64,000 nt of DNA, taken from contig CASERZ010000003.1 in NCBI GenBank assembly GCA_949290515.1, forward strand, positions 115,464 through 179,463. Reading direction: 5' to 3'. Shown here piece by piece: positions 36,123 to 43,592 of this stretch. A model generated the notes under the pieces. It was not told the DNA's origin. It saw only the letters and a program-made list of their open reading frames with translations, and did no database searches. Source of the DNA: an uncultured Christensenella sp. (GTDB lineage Bacteria; Bacillota; Clostridia; Christensenellales; UBA3700). Each line of letters starts with the position of its first letter. The stretch's first letter is position 1. A program made the position numbers and the translations under genes.

Positions 36123-38303
36123 ATGACTGCCGTCAACATTATCAGCGCAAGCTGTCTCTTACTTATGTTTACAGAGGCACTTATCATTGCGATAAAATTT
36201 TTGTCAAAATCGCGTTATGACAGAATTAATTACATAAGGTCGTTTAAAAAAGGCAGATGCTTTTTAATCTACCCTATCGCGTTCGTGCTTTACCTGACGG
36301 GAAAGCTCTATGCCGGTATGTCCGTAGCCGATGCCGTATTTATGTCCGTAAACAACGTAGTGATTCTCGTAGTATTGCGATACAATCCCGCAGACATAGG
36401 ATTGCTTATAAAAGACAATTCGTTTTTTGCGGCAACAGTATATATATGTTACGTCTTCGTTACAATCAATGCCGTAATATTTATACTTTCTGTATGCAAC
36501 CAACAAATCGTCAACGCTATCGCAAATGCGAATTTCAAACTTAGCAAACAGAAAAAATACATCGTTATCGGCAACAATACAGACAGCTATAAGATTTACG
36601 ATTCTATCAACTGCAAGACTAAGATACTTCTCGACGCCGCAGGAAAGGATGCAAAAGTCGCAAGCGCAGAATTGTATCGCAGAAGAATAAAGTACAATCT
36701 CCTCGGAAAAACCGCGTGGGATAATATCGCAGATTATTGCATAAAAAATTCTTCCCCCGTTCATTGCACGGTCATAATCAACACTCAGGACGATGAAACA
36801 AACCTCAAACTCTGCACCAAATTCACTCAAGCACTCGCAAAGCTCCGCGATTCGTCACTAGAAGACGAACACGTGGCATTGTTCGAGCGCATTGACGTAT
36901 TTGTATTTGGCAATGCAGAACTTGAATCTTTGTATCTCGATATAGCAGACAAATCTTACGGCTGTATACATTACCTTACCAGACACAGAATGATAGCTTT
37001 CGACTTCGAGGACAACTATCCTTTTGCTTCGTTTATGAATGATGATTCCATAGATTATTCTAATGCTTTACTCAAAGACAATGCTCAAATCAACGTGGCA
37101 ATGCTGGGATTCGGTAAAGTCAACAGAGAACTCTTCAAAATGGCTACGGTAAACAATCAGTTTGCCGGCGGCACAAAAGAAAATCCTATCGAGCGAAAAG
37201 TCAATTACTACGTGTTTGAGAAGGGAAAAAGCAGCAATAAAAATCTCAATCACAACTTCTTTAGATACGATACCGAATTTTCCGACTTGTCTGACAGCGA
37301 AAAGAAAAATTATCTACCCCTGCCGCCCTCTCCCGCAAACGTAGTTTTCGAGGAGAATTTCGATATTTGCCAAAGGGATTTTTACAAACGCATACACGAC
37401 ATCTTCGCTCCCGAAAAAAATACCGTCAAAAACAATTTTCTGATTATTGCCCTCGGTCACGATACCGAAAACATAGACTTTGCAAAAAAATTAATCGAAA
37501 AGAAAAACGAGTGGCAACTCGATAATCTCGTCATATTCGTGCGACTTAGAAGCGACGGCCTTGCAAAAGCTTTCAAAAACGCTTTTGCCAAACAGAATTG
37601 CTACATTTTCGGTGAAGACGCAAGGACTGTATATAACGCAGAAAAAATAGAAAAAGAAAAGTTCTATACATTGGCAATGCACCGTCATATCTCATACGCA
37701 ATAGAAAAAGCACTTAAATCAGACGCTTCGGCAGATTTGACGCAAGTCAGAAAACAAGCGGTTTACGACTGGACCGTAAATCTCTCATATTCCGAACGCC
37801 TATCGAATATATATTGTTGTCTCAGCCTGAGACACAAACTTCTTCTCACAGGACTGGATATCTGTTCCAAAGACGATAACCAAGCATTGAGCGAAAAAGA
37901 ATTTTTCGATATATACTTTTCAGGCGACCGCCCGACAAGCAATATTACCGACGACGGAAAGCCCGTGATAAACTATACTCTGGATTTTCCCGTTTCTTTA
38001 AGACGTACTCTCGCAATAACAGAGCACTACCGCTGGAACGCTTTTATGATTATGCAAGGTTTCGTTCCCAGCTCGCTGAAACAAATCCGAGAAGAAGAAA
38101 ATCACGGCAAAAACTATGCCCAACGCCGTCACGGTAACCTCACTACTTTCGACGGACTGGTGCAATTCAGAGAAATCGTTGCTCAAAAGACAGGAAAATC
38201 TCAACAAGCCTGCGACGTATTCAAATACGACTATCAGATTATGGACGATGCTTGGTGGTTCCTGCAAAAATGCGGTTTGGGGATTAAACCAAAACAAATG
38301 TAA
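36123..38303 (+). CDS. membrane protein: N-terminal TM helices, two Rossmann-like segments and a C-terminal RyR-like module
   Basis: About 4 N-terminal TM helices. KKYIVIGNNTDSYKIY and INVAMLGFGKVNRELF (weak GxGxxG-like). C-terminal YDWTVNLSYSERLSNIYCCLSLRHKLLLTGLDI followed by LAITEHYRWNAFMIMQGF...RRHGNLTTFDGL parallels the two-part RyR module of the upstream gene. There is no terminator between the two genes. Confidence 0.6.
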   Translation: MTAVNIISASCLLLMFTEALIIAIKFLSKSRYDRINYIRSFKKGRCFLIYPIAFVLYLTGKLYAGMSVADAVFMSVNNVVILVVLRYNPADIGLLIKDNSFFAATVYICYVFVTINAVIFILSVCNQQIVNAIANANFKLSKQKKYIVIGNNTDSYKIYDSINCKTKILLDAAGKDAKVASAELYRRRIKYNLLGKTAWDNIADYCIKNSSPVHCTVIINTQDDETNLKLCTKFTQALAKLRDSSLEDEHVALFERIDVFVFGNAELESLYLDIADKSYGCIHYLTRHRMIAFDFEDNYPFASFMNDDSIDYSNALLKDNAQINVAMLGFGKVNRELFKMATVNNQFAGGTKENPIERKVNYYVFEKGKSSNKNLNHNFFRYDTEFSDLSDSEKKNYLPLPPSPANVVFEENFDICQRDFYKRIHDIFAPEKNTVKNNFLIIALGHDTENIDFAKKLIEKKNEWQLDNLVIFVRLRSDGLAKAFKNAFAKQNCYIFGEDARTVYNAEKIEKEKFYTLAMHRHISYAIEKALKSDASADLTQVRKQAVYDWTVNLSYSERLSNIYCCLSLRHKLLLTGLDICSKDDNQALSEKEFFDIYFSGDRPTSNITDDGKPVINYTLDFPVSLRRTLAITEHYRWNAFMIMQGFVPSSLKQIREEENHGKNYAQRRHGNLTTFDGLVQFREIVAQKTGKSQQACDVFKYDYQIMDDAWWFLQKCGLGIKPKQM

Positions 38304-38324
38304 ATCGAGACAGTTGTTGCGAAT

Positions 38325-38350
38325 AAAGGCGGAGAAATCTCCGCCTTTAT
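38325..38350 (+). terminator. terminator of the HD-RyR operon
   Basis: 11-bp stem aaaggcggaga/tctccgccttt with a short T-run. Confidence 0.65.
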
Positions 38351-38487
38351 CAATATCTGTATATACTCTGTCTTGTCTTTTATGCCGGCATACTTCCCGA
38401 CAAACCAAATCGCCGCCCCTGAAGGCGGCGATTGTATTTATCTTTGGTAATTCTATGTAAGTCTTTTGTAATTGTAAGGTATAAACC

Positions 38488-38976
38488 TTAATTGATTTTG
38501 TTGCCGTAAGCGTCAAGGTGTACGACGGAAGTCATCTTTGTTACCCAGTCTTTTTGGTCGTGTTTGTACTTCATTACCGCACACCAGTATCTCGATACGC
38601 CGCCGGTAGGACAAGTTACGCTGAGTTCCTCATAAATATTCAAGTCGGGCGTAGCGATTCTTGCCTCGAGAATCATATCGTTGTAATCGTCATAAATGTC
38701 ATAAGCGGAATAAATCTCCACTATTACCTGTATTACGGACATTCCCAAGGTAAATTCGTTTTTAGCAGTAGCGGTCAGATAGCCGTCGCTGTGCTTGTTC
38801 AAGGACAAGCTAAGCTGAGTGTACAGACCTCTCGTTTCGGGTTGTTCGCTTTGCGTTTGTGCAAGCGTTTCGGCTTTTGCGGTACTAGCCGTAAAAGGAA
38901 GTATCAGCGCAAGCGCGAGTGTTAGTACTGCAAGCAGTACCAAGTTGAATTGCAACATTTTTTTGGACTTCAACAT
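38488..38976 (-). CDS. small secreted hypothetical protein
   Basis: Signal peptide MLKSKKMLQFNLVLLAVLTLALALILPFTASTAKA; RBS AAGGAG. Confidence 0.7.
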   Translation of the reverse strand: MLKSKKMLQFNLVLLAVLTLALALILPFTASTAKAETLAQTQSEQPETRGLYTQLSLSLNKHSDGYLTATAKNEFTLGMSVIQVIVEIYSAYDIYDDYNDMILEARIATPDLNIYEELSVTCPTGGVSRYWCAVMKYKHDQKDWVTKMTSVVHLDAYGNKIN

Positions 38977-38988
38977 AGTTTTAACTCC

Positions 38989-39522
38989 TTATTTTTTATT
39001 TTTACCGCGACGTGCAAGAAGTACCGAAGAACATCCTGCCAGCACTACGGCAATAACCAAGAATAACAAGGACAACACGTTGTCTGAAGACATATTCAAA
39101 CTGTATACCGACAGATTTGCGAGATTGCCTTCTGCGCTTCCGAAACCTACGAAAATGCCTTTCAAGCCGACTGCGAGCAATACAATTGAGACAATAAGCG
39201 AAAAAGTTGCGAGAAGTATTTTCTTCAACAGACTTTTCTTATTGTCTACAGTCTCGCTTTCTGCTACGCATTCGGTGATAGCGCAATCGCAACTTTCGTC
39301 GAGAGTGCAAGCGCATACGTCGTCTGAGAAAAACTCGTTGGGAGACATATCGAATTCCTTGCAAAGAAGCACGATTTTATTGTAATCGGGTACAGCCTTG
39401 CCTGCTTCCCAGTAATAAACCGTTTGTCTGCTGACTTCCAGCTTCTCTGCAAATTCTTCTTGCGAAAGCTTGTTCAACGTGCGAATATTTTTGATTTTGC
39501 TGCTAATTAATTCTTTAACCAT
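38989..39522 (-). CDS. membrane-anchored XRE-family HTH regulator
   Basis: IKNIRTLNKLSQEEFAEKLEVSRQTVYYWEAGKAVPDYNKIVLLCKEF HTH, followed by two C-terminal TM helices. Confidence 0.8.
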   Translation of the reverse strand: MVKELISSKIKNIRTLNKLSQEEFAEKLEVSRQTVYYWEAGKAVPDYNKIVLLCKEFDMSPNEFFSDDVCACTLDESCDCAITECVAESETVDNKKSLLKKILLATFSLIVSIVLLAVGLKGIFVGFGSAEGNLANLSVYSLNMSSDNVLSLLFLVIAVVLAGCSSVLLARRGKNKK

Positions 39523-39552
39523 AATCTAACCTGCCGAATATAAATATAATAT

Positions 39553-39576
39553 ATTGACAGGCGGGATTTTGTCAAT
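39553..39576. promoter_or_regulatory. palindromic candidate operator in the XRE promoter region
   Basis: attgaca-ggcgggattt-tgtcaat, a perfect 7-bp inverted repeat about 30 nt upstream of the 39522 start. Confidence 0.4.
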
Positions 39577-39955
39577 TTTTTTTGCAAGCAATTTGCTCGC
39601 AAAACACTGCTTTTAATCAATTTAGAAAATTATTTTCCAAGCTTTTCCGTGAGATAAAAATCCGTTGTCTTATAATATATTTCTGCGTTTTTCAGATTAG
39701 TGCGATTAGCTTCGGAGTAAGCGTAAGACAACATAGACGACAGCAAAAATACTAAGCATTGTGAAGCACAGTCCGACAACAGTAACCAAGTCTCAAACCT
39801 CTTGTCCGATGACGCTGAAAATACTTGCAAAAACACGGACATTACCGCGGAAAACCAAACTTTCTTAGACTCGGAAAATACTCAAAATACCTGCGAAAAA
39901 ACGCAAAATACCGTAATCGGCACACAAGCAATTCACACTGAAGGAGACGACAACA

Positions 39956-40273
39956 ATGGCAGTCTTTGACGTAGTGTGGAAAATACTTTTGACGGCACTC
40001 ATCACTTACCTTTGCAGAGTGCTGACGCTCGTGCTTGTGCGCAAAAAAATCAAGAGCAGATTTTTCCGCTCTTTGCTCGAATACCTTCCCTACGGCGTAC
40101 TCACGGCTATGGTCTTCCCCGCAGTACTCTACTCGACGTCAAGCTTTTACTCCGCGCTCGTCGGTATGATTGTCGCGATAATACTCTCTTTGTTCAAACG
40201 CGGACTTCTCACCGTTGCGCTTTCTGCTACGGCCGCGGTATTTGTCGTAGAATTGATAATGCGCTTTGCGTAA
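39956..40273 (+). CDS. azlD: AzlD-family branched-chain amino acid transport protein (small subunit)
   Basis: 105-aa, 3-4 TM protein. ALITYLCRVLTLVL..., LEYLPYGVLTAMVFPAV pattern. RBS AAGGAGA. Confidence 0.65.
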   Translation: MAVFDVVWKILLTALITYLCRVLTLVLVRKKIKSRFFRSLLEYLPYGVLTAMVFPAVLYSTSSFYSALVGMIVAIILSLFKRGLLTVALSATAAVFVVELIMRFA

Positions 40274-40275
40274 AA

Positions 40276-40728
40276 TCATATCATATATATGGTTTTATTC
40301 TTCGACAAAGCATACTTATAAGACTTATACGCTCCGCTGTTTTCCTCTTTACGCAAATAAAAAACTGCACAATCGCTTTTATCTATAATCGCACAATTCC
40401 TATAATATATTCTTGTATACCAATAAGAGAAGCTCAGCTCAAAACACACGTAATCGTCGTATTTATAATTCTTTCCTCGCAAATATTCCTTTTCATCGCA
40501 ACAAACATATACAGTTTTAATTTTATTATTAATTTTTTTTACATTTAACACCGTTTGAAAACATAAATCGTCAAAATTGCCGAAACCGCCAAAATAAAAA
40601 ACAGTGTAATCGTCTTTTTCGGCCATATCAAATATTAATCTATACAGCTTTTGTTTTTCCTCTTTATTCAGAACGCAATCTCTGTGCCCGAAAAAACAAC
40701 AAGCTTTTTTGTTTTTCTGCTCTTCCAT
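40276..40728 (-). CDS. DUF1273 / SLOG-family protein (YpsA/YoqJ-like)
   Basis: KACCFFGHRDCVL...FYFGGFGNFDDLCFQTV...YVCCDE...RNCAIIDKSDCAVFYL follows the DUF1273 pattern (FtGHR ... G.a.G.D ... Rn..mvd.sd). The gene is very AT-rich. Confidence 0.65.
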   Translation of the reverse strand: MEEQKNKKACCFFGHRDCVLNKEEKQKLYRLIFDMAEKDDYTVFYFGGFGNFDDLCFQTVLNVKKINNKIKTVYVCCDEKEYLRGKNYKYDDYVCFELSFSYWYTRIYYRNCAIIDKSDCAVFYLRKEENSGAYKSYKYALSKNKTIYMI

Positions 40729-40754
40729 AGATATAATATAACACTGTTTTTAAC

Positions 40755-40823
40755 ATACTTCAATACATCGAAGTATATTTTTTCAATTTAGATATACGCT
40801 GAATATACTTCAATATATCGAAG
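40755..40823. promoter_or_regulatory. two 19-bp direct repeats with internal dyad symmetry (candidate operators) in the divergent DUF1273/XRE promoter region
   Basis: atacttcaatacatcgaag (40755-40773) and atacttcaatatatcgaag (40805-40823), spaced 50 bp start to start. Each contains acttc...gaagt-type symmetry. A minus-strand TTGAAG-17-TATATT (40735-40763) lies 6 nt from the ATG at 40728. Confidence 0.55.
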
Positions 40824-40831
40824 AGGCGCGT

Positions 40832-41071
40832 ATGACACTTACTGAGGCTGTTGCAAGACGAATTAAAGAATTGCTTGCCGAGCGCAAAATGACGGCTTAT
40901 CAATTATTTAAAGCAAGCGGCGTTCCGCAATCCACCATAAGCACTATACTCTCTGCTCAGACAACTACTGTCAAACTGAGCACTCTTTACGATATATGCG
41001 CCGGATTAGAAATAGAAATCAAAGACTTTTTTGACGTAACCTATCTATCACTTGCGAATATAGAGGATTAA
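40832..41071 (+). CDS. XRE-family HTH regulator
   Basis: RIKELLAERKMTAYQLFKASGVPQSTISTILSAQTTTVKLSTLYDICAGLEIEIKDFF. Confidence 0.85.
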   Translation: MTLTEAVARRIKELLAERKMTAYQLFKASGVPQSTISTILSAQTTTVKLSTLYDICAGLEIEIKDFFDVTYLSLANIED

Positions 41072-41097
41072 TTCAAAAAACATACCTAAAACCAATC

Positions 41098-41119
41098 AGC
41101 ACCGACAAGGTGCTTTTTT
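41098..41119 (+). terminator. rho-independent terminator
   Basis: agcacc-gacaa-ggtgct followed by tttttt. Confidence 0.75.
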
Positions 41120-41241
41120 ATATCAATGGTGTTTTCTAGTTAAACCCCCTATTGCTTTTTTAGAAAATTTTTGCTATACTCGTTATGGTAGATTATCACG
41201 TACCGAAATATTCGGTGTGCTTATCGTATAAGGGGAAAAAA

Positions 41242-41814
41242 TTGGAAAAGCGCGAATTTAACCGTCTATTGCACGGTTTTAAAACCAACATAAAACTGTT
41301 TGACAGATTATACGAATATTATTTTCCGCGAATTGTCATTCATATAAACCGTACTTTTTCCGACTTTCATATCGGAGAGGACGTCGCGCAAGAATTTTTT
41401 ATAAAGCTGTTTAAAATCAATATTCCCGAACAAATAGATTATCCTACAAGCTGGATCTTCAGGATTTGCGACAATATAGCAAAAACGCATATATCGTCGC
41501 AAAAGAACAAATCACCTCTCCCGCTCGAAGAAAACTGCGCCGCAACAAGTCAAGACGTAAGCGACGAGTTTTACTCTCTTGAAAACGGCGGCATATCTAA
41601 AGAAAACATTTCCGCGCTCAAGGAGCTCGATAAACAAACAATCGAAATACTAGTGATGAAATTCTGGGAAGGCTACGACTATAAGGAAATCGGAGCCATT
41701 TTAGGCTTGAGCCACGATGCCGTAAGACAAAAGGCGTCGAGAGGCATAAAAAAACTTAAAACCCGTATGCTCAACAGTCACACTCTTATTATGTTGTTGA
41801 GTCTTTTAGGATAG
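41242..41814 (+). CDS. sigma-70 family (ECF-like) RNA polymerase sigma factor
   Basis: Region 2-like GEDVAQEFFIKLF...YPTSWIFRICDNIAKTH. Region 4 HTH ILVMKFWEGYDYKEIGAILGLSHDAVRQKASRGIKKLK. TTG at 41242 follows AAGGGGA; the track start is 41185. Confidence 0.75.
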   Translation: MEKREFNRLLHGFKTNIKLFDRLYEYYFPRIVIHINRTFSDFHIGEDVAQEFFIKLFKINIPEQIDYPTSWIFRICDNIAKTHISSQKNKSPLPLEENCAATSQDVSDEFYSLENGGISKENISALKELDKQTIEILVMKFWEGYDYKEIGAILGLSHDAVRQKASRGIKKLKTRMLNSHTLIMLLSLLG

Positions 41815-41827
41815 AAGGAGGGGTATA

Positions 41828-42586
41828 ATGAGAAAAGATTTAAAAAGAATGTCCTCAGACGACCACAAAAAAATTCTCGATGACAACCGCGACTTCTACG
41901 AAAAGATAACCGGCGAATACTTTGTCGAGCAAAAAAAGGAACATACTCAAGCCCCTGCTTTTTCGTGGAAAAAGTTTTCTTTCGCTATGGCGTCCGTGCT
42001 TGTGGTAGTAATAGTATGCTGTACTCTTCTGTTTACTCTTTTACCTTCTCAGACGACGGAGTCACCCAGCGGTCAGTCGCCCGATGACGGAGAATTAGGT
42101 CCCGGCGGCATAGTACCCGGTCCTGACGCAGGCCCCGATGAGCCTTCTCCCCCTCAAGGCATAACTTCTGTTACGTCCGACTATTTGACGCTTTCCGCCT
42201 ATTTCGTAGATATAGAGATACCTGAGGATATTTGTCAGACAATAACGCTGTATTACGCCCCTTCGACAAAACGAAGTATATATTTCCGTATCGAAAACAA
42301 AAAGGAAGAAACCAGATATTTCGATATGGATTTGACTTGCGCGGGCGAAACTCTCCCCGACTGCGACGAATCGCAATTTACCCAAAGCAAAACCTTTAAC
42401 GGATACGAAGTCAAATACGAGATTACACGCAACGAACATAACCCTCAAGCCTTCGTATACTCTGTTAACGCGCTTATAAAACTCCCCTCTCAGACGGTGA
42501 GATTTAATTTCAGGGATATAGCGCAAGAGCGTCAGCCCGACGATTTCTTCTTCGACTGGCTGGAAGACAATATCGTTTTCAAATAA
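41828..42586 (+). CDS. single-pass membrane protein, putative anti-sigma factor
   Basis: Lies immediately downstream of the sigma gene. Strong AAGGAGGGG RBS. One TM (FAMASVLVVVIVCCTLLFTLL) separates an N-terminal cytoplasmic part from an extracytoplasmic domain. Call is by context. Confidence 0.5.
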   Translation: MRKDLKRMSSDDHKKILDDNRDFYEKITGEYFVEQKKEHTQAPAFSWKKFSFAMASVLVVVIVCCTLLFTLLPSQTTESPSGQSPDDGELGPGGIVPGPDAGPDEPSPPQGITSVTSDYLTLSAYFVDIEIPEDICQTITLYYAPSTKRSIYFRIENKKEETRYFDMDLTCAGETLPDCDESQFTQSKTFNGYEVKYEITRNEHNPQAFVYSVNALIKLPSQTVRFNFRDIAQERQPDDFFFDWLEDNIVFK

Positions 42587-42600
42587 AATGTCCCTATCTG

Positions 42601-42631
42601 AAAAAAAAGACGGCAAATGCCGTCTTTTTTT
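42601..42631 (+). terminator. rho-independent terminator
   Basis: aagacggc-aaat-gccgtctt followed by ttttttt. Confidence 0.8.
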
Positions 42632-42920
42632 ATTTTCCCGTCACAAAATCTTATCAAACGGCAGTCTGTATTACAAAAGCGTTTAAAGAAAATTTTTTAA
42701 TACACAATTTTCGAAATAACAATATCGCATAACTCTTTTTAAGTCATTGCGGTATGCCTGTGTAAACCTCCTTATTTAAAGCCTTTCGGCAGCTTTCACC
42801 CCGCTGACCTAAAGGCAAACAAAAATCCATTCATCGACTTGAATTTATCCTTATCCCTACAGGCATACCGCACAAAATCTAAAAGCTTTTATAACGGAAA
42901 TCGGTGAAAACTTTTGGCTA

Positions 42921-42949
42921 TTGCTTTTTCAGAAGTATTTTGCTATAAT
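42921..42949 (+). promoter_or_regulatory. candidate promoter of the ABC operon
   Basis: TTGCTT, 17 nt spacer, TGcTATAAT. Confidence 0.55.
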
Positions 42950-43001
42950 AATAACAAAGGGTATTGTTTTTGTATTTTAGGGGAATACAAGGAGAAAGCT
43001 T

Positions 43002-43592
43002 ATGTTAAAACTCAGTTATCTTTGCAAAAGCTACGATTTCGAGGTGCTTCAGGATATTTGTCTCGAGCTTCCCGACAGGGGTTTTGTGGCTATTGCAGGC
43101 GAAAGCGGCAGCGGTAAATCTACGCTGTTGAAATGTATCAGTCTTCTCGAAGATGTAACCTCGGGAGAAATATTTTTCAACGGGGAAAATCTCACCGCTT
43201 TGAGTAAAGGAAAAAAAGACGAAAAAAGAGGAAGAATTTTTGCCTACATTCCGCAATCTACGAGTCTTATGGAAGACGATACCGTAGACAAGGGACTGAG
43301 CTATTTTTCCGACGATTGCAACAAACGCATCGCCGTGCTCGAAAAACTCGGAATTGCCGACAAAAAAGACGAAATTGCCCGCAATCTGAGCGGTGGAGAA
43401 AGGCAACGCGTAGCAATAGCGCAAGCACTTCTGAGAGAAGCGCCCGTATTGCTGTGCGACGAAATTACTGCCAATCTCGACCCCGAAAACGCCGAACAAG
43501 TGCACGCTATACTCAAAGAATTATCCAAAGAAAGACTTGTAATTTGCGTGGGACACAATCCGCAAACGCTTAAAAATATGCCTACCGAATGA
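43002..43592 (+). CDS. ABC transporter ATP-binding protein
   Basis: Walker A GESGSGKST, signature LSGGERQRV, Walker B LLCDEITANLD, H-loop VGHN. Confidence 0.9.
   Translation: MLKLSYLCKSYDFEVLQDICLELPDRGFVAIAGESGSGKSTLLKCISLLEDVTSGEIFFNGENLTALSKGKKDEKRGRIFAYIPQSTSLMEDDTVDKGLSYFSDDCNKRIAVLEKLGIADKKDEIARNLSGGERQRVAIAQALLREAPVLLCDEITANLDPENAEQVHAILKELSKERLVICVGHNPQTLKNMPTE

Noticed and set aside
25058-38303. Assignment of the locus to canonical Thoeris, CBASS, Pycsar, SPARTA or AVAST
   Set aside because: No SIR2 or Macro-TM ThsA, no CD-NTase or cyclase, no Argonaute/APAZ and no STAND NTPase motifs were seen. Only the producer/sensor logic (TIR + SLOG) resembles Thoeris. This rejection is by eye and needs DefenseFinder/PADLOC.
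39630-39842. 70-aa minus-strand ORF
   Set aside because: It has no RBS, an odd composition, and lies in an intergenic or remnant region. It is probably non-coding.
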